From: Planctomycetota bacterium
GTDB taxonomy: Bacteria > Planctomycetota > B15-G4 > JADJEK01
Length of the DNA: 64,000 bases
NCBI GenBank assembly: GCA_044225365.1
Contig: JBGAIQ010000003.1
Span: 192,880-256,879 of the forward strand
Reading direction: 5' to 3'
Below the pieces are notes generated by a model. That model did not search any database. It saw nothing but the letters and a program-made list of their open reading frames with translations, and was not told the origin of the DNA. Made by a program: the position numbers and the translations under genes. Below, piece by piece: positions 12,101-20,268 of the stretch. Position 1 is the first letter of the stretch; every line of letters begins with the position of its first letter.

Positions 12101-13744
12101 ACGAACGATCCCGCGCTCTTCTCGGTGTTGCGCACGATGCTCCACGCGTCGCTCGCGCTCGGCAAGGACGGCGAGATCGTGCGGCTCTTCGAGATCGCGA
12201 AGGAGCGCATTCCGGACGACGTCCTCGGATTCCCGCAGATGGACCGCGTCGCAAAGGCTTACGCCACGATCAAGGAGACCGAGCGAGCGCAGCAGGTGCT
12301 CGCCGCGATCGCGGACTCGTTGTTCCTCCAGGAAGCGCGGGTCACCGGGCGACTCGAGTCCCTCGGCAACGAGAAGGAGAGCGTCGCGATCGTGCAGCGG
12401 CTCCTCGCCGAGTACGACGCCTCCCCGACGGTCATCGAGACCACGATCGCACTCGGCCAACACGCGTACTCGAAGGCGATCGATCCGAAGACACCCGAAC
12501 CAAGGGCCACGCGCGATCCATCGTCGCGAGTCCTCGACCGCGAGGAATGGCTCGAGGTGGGTTCGCGCGCACTCGAGGACTGTGCCGTGAAGGCGCCGGC
12601 GGCCGAATCGATGGACGAAGTCGTGCTCACGCTCGCGAACCTGCGACTCGAGCAGAAGCGGTTCGAATCGGCGATCGCTCTCTCCAGGTCGGCACAGTCG
12701 CGCTTCAAGACACCCGCTTTCAAGGCGACCTGGCCCTACGTGATGGCGTTCGCCTCGTTCGCGCAGCGAGACCTCGAGGGTGTCATCGCGAACTCGCAAG
12801 CGATCGTCGATGCGGCAGCGCAGAAGGACGCGGTCCCCGCCACCATTGCCCTCGGTCCGTTCGGGAATCACATGCTCGCACAGGCGTGGCACGCAAAGGG
12901 CGACCTCGCAAAGGCACGCGGGTACTACCAGCTCGTGAAGGACAAGTTCGAGGACGCACAGCTCGTGCTCGCTCAACTCGATCGCACCGCGTTCACGTCA
13001 CCACTCATCGTGTTCGCCGGCAGCGGCGACCGCGTCGTCGTGCCGCTCGACCGGCGCGGAACGCAGGGCGCGATCGAGACGTCCGTGTACCCGATCGACC
13101 TCCGGCTGTTGTACTTGAAGCGTCGCGGCTTCGACTCGCTCTCGACGGTCGAACTCTCCGGCGTGGCGCCGTTGAAGCGGCTCTCGGTGGAGCCGGTCCA
13201 CAACCCCGCCGCGGACTACCCGGAACGACTCGAACTCGAGTCGCCCGGGGTCGGCGCCTATCTCGTGGTGATGCGCAGTGGCGACCTCGCGACGCGGACG
13301 CTTGCGGTCGTCTCCGACATCACGATCGAAGTGACGCCGAAGGCGGGAGGCGCCCGGGTCAACGTCTACGACCGTGCGACCCACGCGCCGAAGCCGGATG
13401 CGCTCGTGACCTTCGTGGGATCCAATGGCGGGTCGTTCGTCACGGCCAAATCGGACCTCCGAGGGATCGCGGCCGCCAGCGGACTCGAGGGTCGCCTCGC
13501 GGTCATCGCCCAGCTCGGCGGTCATTACGCGTTCCATCAGAGTGAGGACGACCTGCCGGCGACCCCGGAGTCGAACGCCGCGAACGAAGCCGCGCGAAAG
13601 GACGCGCAGCAGGAGCTCGGGATGGAGATCGAGAACCAGGCGGCCGATCAGCTCCTCGAGCTGCGACAACGCCGCGAGGAGACGTACAAGTCCAACACCA
13701 ATCGCGTCCAGCAGGGAGTGGAAGTCAAGCGCACGAAGCGTTGA
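6131..13744 (+). CDS. Very large secreted TPR / alpha-2-macroglobulin-like (MG domain) protein, 2537 aa
   Basis: Signal peptide; helical TPR-like blocks; MG2-type motif VDRTMARPGDTVTYTGFVR; A2M-like helical region. No CxEQ thioester motif seen. Confidence 0.7.
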   Translation: MHSSTRCGRVIAFVCTLAFLSGPVLARQAPSKPTDPIAIAKEAFTRGDFAAARTALDALASKDPADAEILLLRAQALIAQREFPAALSDVDRALATSSGPARTKLEFVRARVLIELGRLDDALATTRSAVDRLREPGRRQELVKPWIDAAKARLEPDPKATELERAAFKPDYATAKDLLEAGKSTGALGALATEVDLLILRCLDAGAADARARLSAARTFLKDHAEGSDASPAIRAEVLFILGRAELAMKDVAAARATARTLTKIEPPDEKGKFGKVLWLLIATTDLAVPEIFDSSHRIREAIAALVAIDPSGLEAEIARQTLASSFATIPELRGEAVAVLDVARAARPNSENAATIELAIDDLLVANGDVNAAVDRLEKFLAGRPLDDAGRDVLRRIEKNLEAEAERLFQVAGRTPEGAERTEALEAARAAYVRLMQRFPARDDLAKDLFAVAEIEGKLEHIDAALLGYAEIEKRFPTRPEVALSRLAALRILADVKHDYAGCLARIDRLMASPPVDSEIIALREDILRQVLEVKAKRVFRKGETPLVEIESRNVDKVTVALYRVNLKDFFLATGSIDIVGDLDVSLIKPDREFALVTKGATGDAHAPSKLEVKLDDPKDVLAPGEAIIVAARSGSLDARTLAMCSDLSLAVVRTGTELRSLAVDRASGEIVADAVLRIADDHHLLPVGAPLTRDTTGPRLEMLVAAQSGLATVRTTVTPDAMPKTAMKGFLVVDRTMARPGDTVTYTGFVRDAEGAPRAEPAIVRVVEVDRAEIARFSIAPEPGGRIHGTFRVDPAWPGPHVLRFDLLPGERIGESPLASDNLEIEPLGAEPAITSIEPTADHLFQGEPALFFVRRRETDGRPRENEEVWYRVGNEEPRSGRTDALGRLPIEVTAEETTDRTILSLAAGTAADVVNFDEPLHTHAANGIEVSGDPPAEILAGDSLALGLRLVDELGEGVAGRIDWTLLRVRPIGDQKVGSGSVTLGADGRGKLAIAIAMEGEHQVRLEWKDAGGLSHRQTVSTLARAMHESDGMRILPPGADPLPGSTIPLRVLWPFESERALIAVFGTKLERANLVKLERGVNTIEVALPKDDIDRVSIELRALERDEFASTTIGFASALNVALDLPQRTTNPGALIDATIHTSHGGAGEPAALFVLLDEESRATDFASQLMRNAMKLRERALPQVPLVTATSGGLDVPSVVEAIDPLIAEALAQIERAASDPSAAVMVDRLRVQDLVKEGRTGGGAGGPSSQSGAGHAFGAGGRVARKQQAVLRTFVPGPLLVQTDLATDAAGNAKLSISPPEAPGRYALVVLALGKDGSLAIDTKRFTHDPSLEARLSAISPSAAPSGSGKPKAHVRVGRRDRGNGAVTLSVVAQDLAGTPPLVLQSLEVPPLLAAEIDLEFSPPSALAPRGYVLGVGDSLTRLFPPSESLPTNSDFAIRYGAPLVLDDAARGEVGSRPLTFFASPIGALFHYEPDLLDTAFDSAAWRLYATSQAVILAKGRKAGAFDAATITKFEEARDVALAHLLASFAVTDPSLRNEGYLARLPLYVLALAVAKTSGVDPEHLGNFDSSVVILETSLATTPAPKRRALPLYALTLAGASSFERLNRLVRDADQLSARELALLVLTLRAEERDGDVAPIVARLVAALGKNDALVSLTPAGEALGTEREVAALIALAIAKDDANARALAARALETTPQGEAGGAIPLALVSLAANVDTSTLMLRRGNFERAIPFASEGALGVATIDLASLGLPAGAVSFEAKNADGTPGLVVARMPAPPRAQPEAADVAFLRSFHRSSAVRKGESSAIGTAALGGAFAGDEGRISKLGLDRTYHVTLRLSFAKPSAIENGTTWIFEPDLPSLEMVRGSLQGAVDVVVTPTGRWLRIDGISPDSPARGVMYDVIARAPGSFESGIVLQKSAVAGPYFVVKGDREKYEITADEADADVPATFDERLTFGVSAEKAGRHDDAIAWLKPLLDAQLDRGTNDPALFSVLRTMLHASLALGKDGEIVRLFEIAKERIPDDVLGFPQMDRVAKAYATIKETERAQQVLAAIADSLFLQEARVTGRLESLGNEKESVAIVQRLLAEYDASPTVIETTIALGQHAYSKAIDPKTPEPRATRDPSSRVLDREEWLEVGSRALEDCAVKAPAAESMDEVVLTLANLRLEQKRFESAIALSRSAQSRFKTPAFKATWPYVMAFASFAQRDLEGVIANSQAIVDAAAQKDAVPATIALGPFGNHMLAQAWHAKGDLAKARGYYQLVKDKFEDAQLVLAQLDRTAFTSPLIVFAGSGDRVVVPLDRRGTQGAIETSVYPIDLRLLYLKRRGFDSLSTVELSGVAPLKRLSVEPVHNPAADYPERLELESPGVGAYLVVMRSGDLATRTLAVVSDITIEVTPKAGGARVNVYDRATHAPKPDALVTFVGSNGGSFVTAKSDLRGIAAASGLEGRLAVIAQLGGHYAFHQSEDDLPATPESNAANEAARKDAQQELGMEIENQAADQLLELRQRREETYKSNTNRVQQGVEVKRTKR

Positions 13745-13774
13745 CGAATTCTTTCCCACTGGAGAGAATTAAGA

Positions 13775-13812
13775 CGCATCGATCTTCAATTCGGCGCCGT
13801 TCCGAAGGGTGC
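13775..13812 (+). promoter_or_regulatory. Putative ECF-sigma promoter, GCATC-N17-CGTT
   Basis: GCATC 13776-13780, CGTT 13798-13801. The C of CGT lies 15 nt before ATG 13813, the same geometry as upstream of the paralog at 17116. Confidence 0.55.
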
Positions 13813-16800
13813 ATGGATCCATTCCCTCAAGAGTTCGTCGTCGACCAACTGACGCGCGAAGTCCAACTCGTCCGTTCCATCGCGCGGGCGATCCTGAAGG
13901 ACGACCACCTCGCCGAAGACGTGGTGCAGGACACCTATCTCAAGCTGATCGAGAAGCGACGCGACGGCCCGATCGTGATTCAGTGGTTGAAGCGGGTCGC
14001 GCGCAATCTGGCGATCGATCGCCAGCGTTCCGACGCACGCCGCTCGCGCCGGGAGATCGCGGTCGCGCAGTCCGAACTCGAAGTGGGTCGCTCGACGGAC
14101 GCGGGGCAGGAGTCTGGAAAGGCGTTCCACTCGATCACGCATGCGATCGCGACGCTCGACGAGCCGTACAAGAAGACGATCGTCGCCCGGTACTTCGAGG
14201 GGCTGACCGCGAAGCAGATCGCAGCGCGGGATGGAGTCGCTCTCGCAACCGTGAGCAGCCGCCAACAACGCGCCCTCGCCCTGCTGCGCGAGAAACTCGC
14301 GCTCGAATACCGCGATGACCCGGGGGCGATGCGGCGCGGACTGATCCTGATCGCAGGGCCGCAGGGTCTCTTCGAGATCCTCACCTCGAGCTGGATCGTG
14401 ATGAGCGTTGCCACGCGAGCGCTGTTCCTCGCGGCCGCGCTCGCGGTGGCAACGCTCTGCATCACGCTTCCCATCCTGTCCGGGGGACCCGAGGACCCAG
14501 GCTCCTCGATCGCAGCGGCCTCCTCGACGCTCGACGCGCAGACCGGGGCGTCGGAATCCCTCCCCGGTCCCCCGCCCTCTGACGGTACTGACGTCGATCG
14601 TTCGAAACTGTCGGCGAACGGCGGGTCGCTCGATGTGCTGGCGGTGCTGCGTGCCCACGTGGTGAGTCCGGACGGAGCGCCGGCGGCTGGACTTCGCGTC
14701 CGGCTGCACGGGTTCGACGCGAATGAGGCGCGCGCAGCGCAGTCCCCGCCCGTTTCGAACTGGCAAGACCTCGAGACGACGACGAACGAAGCCGGCGACT
14801 TCGAGATCCAATTCGATCCGCCTGCGGCGTATCAATTCGTACTCGCGGTCGAGGAGAAGACCGCGGACGGCGGTTTGGCGAATGCGCTCGCCGAGTATCG
14901 CTGGAATTGGATGCATAAGGATTCCCCGAGGGACCTCGGGGTCGTGGCGCTCCCGCAGACCGTGGCGATCCATGGTCGCATCGTGGATTCGATGGGAAAC
15001 CCGGCCGTCGGCCCGCAGACGGTGCACATCGAGTACCTCGCCCCCCAAAGGTCCGATGGACGCACGAGTCCCGCGCGGCAGATCCGTGTCGATCCGGCGA
15101 CCGGCGAGTTCCGCGACGAGCACGTGGCGATCGGATCCGCCCGAATCTACGCGGAGCGCAGCGATCCAATGGGAATCTCGGGTGAAGACTCCTCGGGAAC
15201 ACGCACGACCCTCACGCGAGCGATCGAGATCCTCCAAAGCGAGATGGCGCCGCTCGAACTCCCCTACGTGCCCGCGGAGGCCACGGCGACCGCCTTCCAA
15301 TCCCATCGCATCCGGGTGGTCCTGCGAAACCCCGGATTCGAACGGCTCGGACCACTGCCTCAGCCGGCGGCCGGATCGTTGTTCGTCACCAGTCCTTCGC
15401 TGCCAGGACCGATGACTCTGCTGCCGCCGCAAGGTCAAGTCGGGCGGCCTCGACCGCAATGGACGACGGACGTTCTTCCGAGCGGCGCCGCGTACTCCAT
15501 CGAGCTGAACGACCCGAACTTCGAGAATCGAACGACGACCGGGATCGCATTGGGGCAAATGGTCGAGATCCCGTTGCTCGGAAAGTCGGCGATCCACTTG
15601 TCGGTCCACGATGCCGCCACCGGGGTCGCCGTTGCGAACTACTCCGCGTTCCTGCGCTACCCTGGCGGACCGATCGATGGCCGGGCGATCGATCTCGTCG
15701 GCCGCGGCAATTCCCCGCCCGCGGACGGAATCTTCGGCAAGCTCTTCGCCGGCTCCTACATCTTGCGCGTCGAAGCGCCGCACCTCGCGCCGAAGGAGAT
15801 CTCGATCGACGCGCTCGCGGTCCATGAAACGCGATCCATCGAGGTCGCCCTTTCCCGCGGCGCCAAGATCCACGGCAGCGTGCGGGTGTCGAAGACTGCG
15901 ATTCCTGATGTCACGGTCAATCTGCATTCGGCCGTCGAGAGCGGACCCACGGCGTATCAGAGATCGATGGGAGATCCCGCGCTTCGCGTACTCACGACCG
16001 CCGCGGACGGCAGCTTCGAGTTCGATGCCCTGGCCGCGGGGCCCTATCGGGTCGAAGCCGTTCTGAACGACGAGGTCCGATCCCCATCGAAGACCGTCGT
16101 CCTCGAAAGCGAAGACCAGGACGTCGCGCTGGCCCTCGAACTGCCGCGGACGGGATCTCTCCGTGGAACCGTTCGAAATCCGGATGGCACTCGAGCGAGC
16201 CTGCCTGGCGCGATCGTCGTGGCCAGGTCGAAGGCAGCCTCCGCGGCGGATCCGGCAGGCGCTCAGCACCTGCCAGTTCGTCGCGAGGGATCGCGTCCCG
16301 CCAAATGCGAGCTTGGAGCCGATGGCAGCTTCTTCTTGCCCGCGCTTCCCATCGGCGGCGAGAATGACTTCGACATCTATTTGCTCTTGCCCCCGATCGC
16401 GACCGACGAGGGCATCGGGTCCACCGAGCCCGACCCCCTCGTGCTCGGAGCGGCAACGATCCCGAGCGAGAACGAGGTCGAGCAAGACTTCACGATCCCC
16501 CAACTCGCCCCCGGGGTGAGTTCCATCGACGTCCGCGTCGACGGTGCGCCGGCCGCTGAATGCACCGCCCTCCTCTACCCCTTCGATCCACCGAGTCCGG
16601 GCACCGACGTGGTCGGAAGCACTCGACTGGACTCGGCTGGAACGGGAACGTTCATCGCTCGCCACGGGGTCGCGCGCCTGATCGTGCGGAATTCGACCTC
16701 CACGCTCATTGCCGTCTCGCACGAACCCGTCGACATCCTCGCGGGATCGCACACCCATCGTTCCATCGAGCTGACGACGATCGCGGGATCGATCGTCGTC

Positions 16801-17034
16801 CTCGACGCCGGAACCCGCCGCCCGCGCATCGGTGCCTCCGTGTCGCTTCGCCTCGGCAGCGAATCGACGGGCAGCGCGCAGACCGACGCGACGGGTCGAC
16901 TCGACCTTCGCTTGTCCGCCGGGACGTACCACGTGTCGATTCCGGGCGACCTACGGGATCCAAACTCCTCGTTCCGCACGGACATCACCTGGCCGCCGAG
17001 CTCCACCGACCCGATCGAGATCCTCGTCGACTGA
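13813..17034 (+). CDS. ECF-type sigma-70 factor fused to TM helix and multi carboxypeptidase-regulatory-like (beta-sandwich) extracytoplasmic region
   Basis: Region 2 HLAEDVVQDTYLK...WLKRVARNLAID; region 4 LDEPYKKTIVARYFEGLTAKQIA...TVSSR; TM ALFLAAALAVATLCITLPIL; repeated G-x-V-x-D / TDxxGxF beta modules. Start set at ATG 13813 by alignment with the paralog. Confidence 0.88.
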   Translation: MDPFPQEFVVDQLTREVQLVRSIARAILKDDHLAEDVVQDTYLKLIEKRRDGPIVIQWLKRVARNLAIDRQRSDARRSRREIAVAQSELEVGRSTDAGQESGKAFHSITHAIATLDEPYKKTIVARYFEGLTAKQIAARDGVALATVSSRQQRALALLREKLALEYRDDPGAMRRGLILIAGPQGLFEILTSSWIVMSVATRALFLAAALAVATLCITLPILSGGPEDPGSSIAAASSTLDAQTGASESLPGPPPSDGTDVDRSKLSANGGSLDVLAVLRAHVVSPDGAPAAGLRVRLHGFDANEARAAQSPPVSNWQDLETTTNEAGDFEIQFDPPAAYQFVLAVEEKTADGGLANALAEYRWNWMHKDSPRDLGVVALPQTVAIHGRIVDSMGNPAVGPQTVHIEYLAPQRSDGRTSPARQIRVDPATGEFRDEHVAIGSARIYAERSDPMGISGEDSSGTRTTLTRAIEILQSEMAPLELPYVPAEATATAFQSHRIRVVLRNPGFERLGPLPQPAAGSLFVTSPSLPGPMTLLPPQGQVGRPRPQWTTDVLPSGAAYSIELNDPNFENRTTTGIALGQMVEIPLLGKSAIHLSVHDAATGVAVANYSAFLRYPGGPIDGRAIDLVGRGNSPPADGIFGKLFAGSYILRVEAPHLAPKEISIDALAVHETRSIEVALSRGAKIHGSVRVSKTAIPDVTVNLHSAVESGPTAYQRSMGDPALRVLTTAADGSFEFDALAAGPYRVEAVLNDEVRSPSKTVVLESEDQDVALALELPRTGSLRGTVRNPDGTRASLPGAIVVARSKAASAADPAGAQHLPVRREGSRPAKCELGADGSFFLPALPIGGENDFDIYLLLPPIATDEGIGSTEPDPLVLGAATIPSENEVEQDFTIPQLAPGVSSIDVRVDGAPAAECTALLYPFDPPSPGTDVVGSTRLDSAGTGTFIARHGVARLIVRNSTSTLIAVSHEPVDILAGSHTHRSIELTTIAGSIVVLDAGTRRPRIGASVSLRLGSESTGSAQTDATGRLDLRLSAGTYHVSIPGDLRDPNSSFRTDITWPPSSTDPIEILVD

Positions 17035-17077
17035 TCGCCCGCGGGGGTAGACGTATCGAACGTCCGCGCGAAATCCG

Positions 17078-17115
17078 CGCCACCGATCCCGTCTCGGCGG
17101 CGTTGTGATGGGCGC
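17078..17115 (+). promoter_or_regulatory. Putative ECF-sigma promoter, GCCAC-N17-CGTT
   Basis: GCCAC 17079-17083, CGTT 17101-17104. The C of CGT lies 15 nt before ATG 17116. Aligns with 13775-13812. Confidence 0.55.
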
Positions 17116-20100
17116 ATGGAAGCCGACTCCCAGGACTCCCAGATCGATCGCGACGCATCGGAGCCGCTCGTCGAGCGCTTGCGTGGCGAGGCGCACCTCA
17201 TCCGCTCGATCGCGCGGGCGATCCTCCACGACGCGCATCTCGCCGACGACGTCGTTCAGGACGCCTACGCGAAGGCCCTCGCGCAGCCGGGCGGGATCCC
17301 GGTCGTTCGCTCCTTCGTCGCCGCGCTGGCTCGCAATCTCGCTCTCGATCGGCGCCGCCGCGAGCTGCGGCGGCAGACGCGAGAGCTCAGGGTAGCCCGG
17401 CCCGACATCGCGACGAACGAGCGATCCTATCGCGCGCTCACGCTCGCCGTGCTCGCCCTCGACGAGCCGTATCGGCGCACGATCCTCGCGCGCTACTTCG
17501 ACGACCTGTCGCCGCGGGTGATCGCCGCGAAGGAAGGCGCCCCGATCGCGACCGTGAAGAGCCGGCTGCATCGAGGCCTCGAGCAACTGCGCGAGAAGCT
17601 CCTCGACGAGACGGGCGAATACGGCGGCGACCGCGACGCGATGCTTCGCGGCCTCGCGATGCTCGCGGCGCCGCGTGGAATCCTTGAATCACTCACCGTA
17701 GGGAGTCGCTCGATGTCCGTCACTTCGATCGTGCTGAAGACCTTGGCCGCAAGCATCGTGATCGCGCTCGCGACACTCACATTGCGTCCCGCGTTCTTCT
17801 CGGCCCATTCGGACGCGGCCGTCGCGAATGCTCCGCCGGTCGCGCCCGTGGTGACCGTGGCGAGCCCGCCGGCCCCCGATCCCGCGCCCGTGAACCTCGT
17901 GGCCACGCGCGAGGAAGTCGCATCGTCGCAGACCGCACCCGCGGCGACGCTCGCGACGATCCGCGGACGCATCGAGCTTCCATCGGGCGCGCCGGCGGTG
18001 GGTTCGAAACTGAAGCTCCACGGCTTCGGCGCGAATCAGGAGCGAGTGATCCGATTCGGCCGACCCAAGGACTGGAAGGATCTCGAAGCGATCACCGACG
18101 CCGACGGCCGATTCGAAATACGGTTCTCGCCGCCGGGCGCCTTCCAATTCGCTCTCACCGCCGAGACGGAGCACGAGTCGAACCTCGGTTGGCGCTGGTC
18201 CTCGATCGACGCCGGCGCGGTGAAGGACGTGAAGAACGCGCGACTGCCTGCGTCCGGCGGCGTCACGGGCCGGGTCAGGAACCGCGAAGGGAAACTGCCG
18301 GCAGGCCACTGGCTCGTCCAGATCTGGAGCCGCTACAAGACGCAGGGCGACGGCGGCGACGCGACACGGATGTACGTCGCGCCCGATGCGACGACGGGCG
18401 AGTTCCGCTTCGAAGCCGTGCCGGCGGGCCCGGCCGAGATGTTCGCGAGCTCGATCGATCGCGACGGCAACAAGAAATCGCAGGAGTACGAGATCGACGT
18501 GACGGCGGCGAAGATCCTGCAGCAGGACATCGCGTACGACGCTCCCGATGGCGAGTCGCGACGAATCCGCGTCGATCCCGTGAATCGCGCTGTCCCCGAG
18601 TTCGTGAAGCTCGCCGCGGGCTCGCTCCAGCTCGTCGGGAAGGATGGAGCGAAAAAGGTCGCCGTCGCGGATCCGAAGCGCTTCGACGCCTGGACCTTCG
18701 AGGAGGTCGAGCCCGGCGACTACTCGCTCGAACTCAACGACCCGAACTTCGAGCCCTATCGCAAGACGGACGTGCATCCGGGCCAGACGATCCGCATTCC
18801 GGTCGTCGGGTCCTCGGGCGTTCGCCTCGACGTGACGCGGCCCGACGGGAGCGCGATCGCCGACTATCACGCCATCGCGAGGATCCAGGATCCGGGCATC
18901 GGAAGCCCCAAGTTCGAGTTCCGAGCGCGGGACGTTCCCGCGCCGGCGGACTCGACGTATCGCGGTTTCGTCGCGAACACCTATCTGCTCACGATCGAGG
19001 TCGAGGGCTCGCCGCCGGCCCACGTCCGCGTCGCGGATCTGAAGCCGAGCGAGATCCGCAAGGTCGCCGTGACGATCCATCCGGGATCGCTGCTGAAGGG
19101 AAGAGTCCTCGACGGCAAGGAGACGCTCGCCGGCGTGGCGATCGACCTCGTCGATCTCGTCGCCATGTCCCCGCCCTCCGATCTCCATGACGGGAACGAC
19201 GAAGCGATCGCCCATCACCGGACGCGATCGGACGCGAACGGAAGCTTCGTGCTCGGACCGCTGCCGCCCGGCCGCTACGAGATCGAGGCGGTGCGGAATC
19301 GCGAAGTGCGCACCGCGAAGACCGTGATCGAGATCGGCGCGAACGGCAGCGAAGGCAAGGACGTGACGATCGATCTCTCGATGCCCTCGAGCGGGCGCCT
19401 GCGCGGACGCGTGCAGACGAAGGAGGGTACGCCCCTTGCCCTCGAAGGCCTCAGCGTGGCGGTTTCAACGGGAGGGCGGATCGATCCGTTCGACGACGAC
19501 GTGCGCGCGCCGCTCGATGCGAGCGGTCGCTTCGCGATCTCTCCCGCGCCGAGCGGGAAGTGCGACGTCTGGCTCGTCCTGCCGCCGGTCACGGTTCCGT
19601 TCTTAGGGGACGATTGGCATTTCACGGAAATGGCGAAGTGCGGCGTCCTGCCGATGCATATCGGCCGCGCGGAGGTGACCGCCGCGCAGACCGATGCCGA
19701 GCCCACGTTCACCCTCGAAGAGCCCGCCCCGGGCGCGCTCGATGTCGCAGTCGCGATCGATGGCAAACCCGCGGCCGGTTTCGCCGCGCTGCTCTACCCC
19801 GCGCCGGACGTGACCGACGGGCCCTCGCCGCTCGCCGCGGTCGTCCTCGACGCGAACGGCAAGGGTCGCCTCGGTCCCGCGCGTCCAGGGGTTGGCGATC
19901 TGCTGATCCAGATCGGCAAGAACCAAGTGCTGGCAGCCTCCGTGGAGCCGGTCCGCATCGCGTCCGGGACGAACTCGCAACGCTTCGATCTCGTTCCCCA
20001 GGACGCGGAGATCGTCTTCACCCGCGGCGCGTCGAACACGCCCCTTGCGAACTGGGTCCCGGGAATCGGATTGGGAGTGGATTTGGAACATCCCTCGAAG

Positions 20101-20262
20101 ACCGACGCCGCCGGAGTGCTCCGCACGAGGCTCACTCCGGGGCGCTACTTCGTCAGCGTTCAAGACCCCGCGACGACGGCGAATGCGATTCCGAAGGTGC
20201 ATTCCGCCGAGCTTCGTTGGCCTGCCGCGGACCGCGGTCGCGTCGTCGTCCACTTCGATTGA
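17116..20262 (+). CDS. Second ECF sigma factor - TM - carboxypeptidase-regulatory-like fusion (paralog of 13813)
   Basis: IRSIARAILHDAHLADDVVQDAY; LDEPYRRTILARYFDDLSP..IA...TVKSRLHRG; TM. Tail motifs shared with the paralog: LHGF, FQF, YSxELNDPNFE. Confidence 0.88.
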   Translation: MEADSQDSQIDRDASEPLVERLRGEAHLIRSIARAILHDAHLADDVVQDAYAKALAQPGGIPVVRSFVAALARNLALDRRRRELRRQTRELRVARPDIATNERSYRALTLAVLALDEPYRRTILARYFDDLSPRVIAAKEGAPIATVKSRLHRGLEQLREKLLDETGEYGGDRDAMLRGLAMLAAPRGILESLTVGSRSMSVTSIVLKTLAASIVIALATLTLRPAFFSAHSDAAVANAPPVAPVVTVASPPAPDPAPVNLVATREEVASSQTAPAATLATIRGRIELPSGAPAVGSKLKLHGFGANQERVIRFGRPKDWKDLEAITDADGRFEIRFSPPGAFQFALTAETEHESNLGWRWSSIDAGAVKDVKNARLPASGGVTGRVRNREGKLPAGHWLVQIWSRYKTQGDGGDATRMYVAPDATTGEFRFEAVPAGPAEMFASSIDRDGNKKSQEYEIDVTAAKILQQDIAYDAPDGESRRIRVDPVNRAVPEFVKLAAGSLQLVGKDGAKKVAVADPKRFDAWTFEEVEPGDYSLELNDPNFEPYRKTDVHPGQTIRIPVVGSSGVRLDVTRPDGSAIADYHAIARIQDPGIGSPKFEFRARDVPAPADSTYRGFVANTYLLTIEVEGSPPAHVRVADLKPSEIRKVAVTIHPGSLLKGRVLDGKETLAGVAIDLVDLVAMSPPSDLHDGNDEAIAHHRTRSDANGSFVLGPLPPGRYEIEAVRNREVRTAKTVIEIGANGSEGKDVTIDLSMPSSGRLRGRVQTKEGTPLALEGLSVAVSTGGRIDPFDDDVRAPLDASGRFAISPAPSGKCDVWLVLPPVTVPFLGDDWHFTEMAKCGVLPMHIGRAEVTAAQTDAEPTFTLEEPAPGALDVAVAIDGKPAAGFAALLYPAPDVTDGPSPLAAVVLDANGKGRLGPARPGVGDLLIQIGKNQVLAASVEPVRIASGTNSQRFDLVPQDAEIVFTRGASNTPLANWVPGIGLGVDLEHPSKTDAAGVLRTRLTPGRYFVSVQDPATTANAIPKVHSAELRWPAADRGRVVVHFD

Positions 20263-20268
20263 ACAGGC

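Noticed and set aside
5879-16932. Very long antisense or alternate-frame ORFs (e.g. 5879-8185, 8065-10506, 10448-12976, 10603-13545, 13786-16932, and similar ones elsewhere)
   Set aside because: Arg-rich, motif-free shadows of real genes, expected from high GC3 codon bias.
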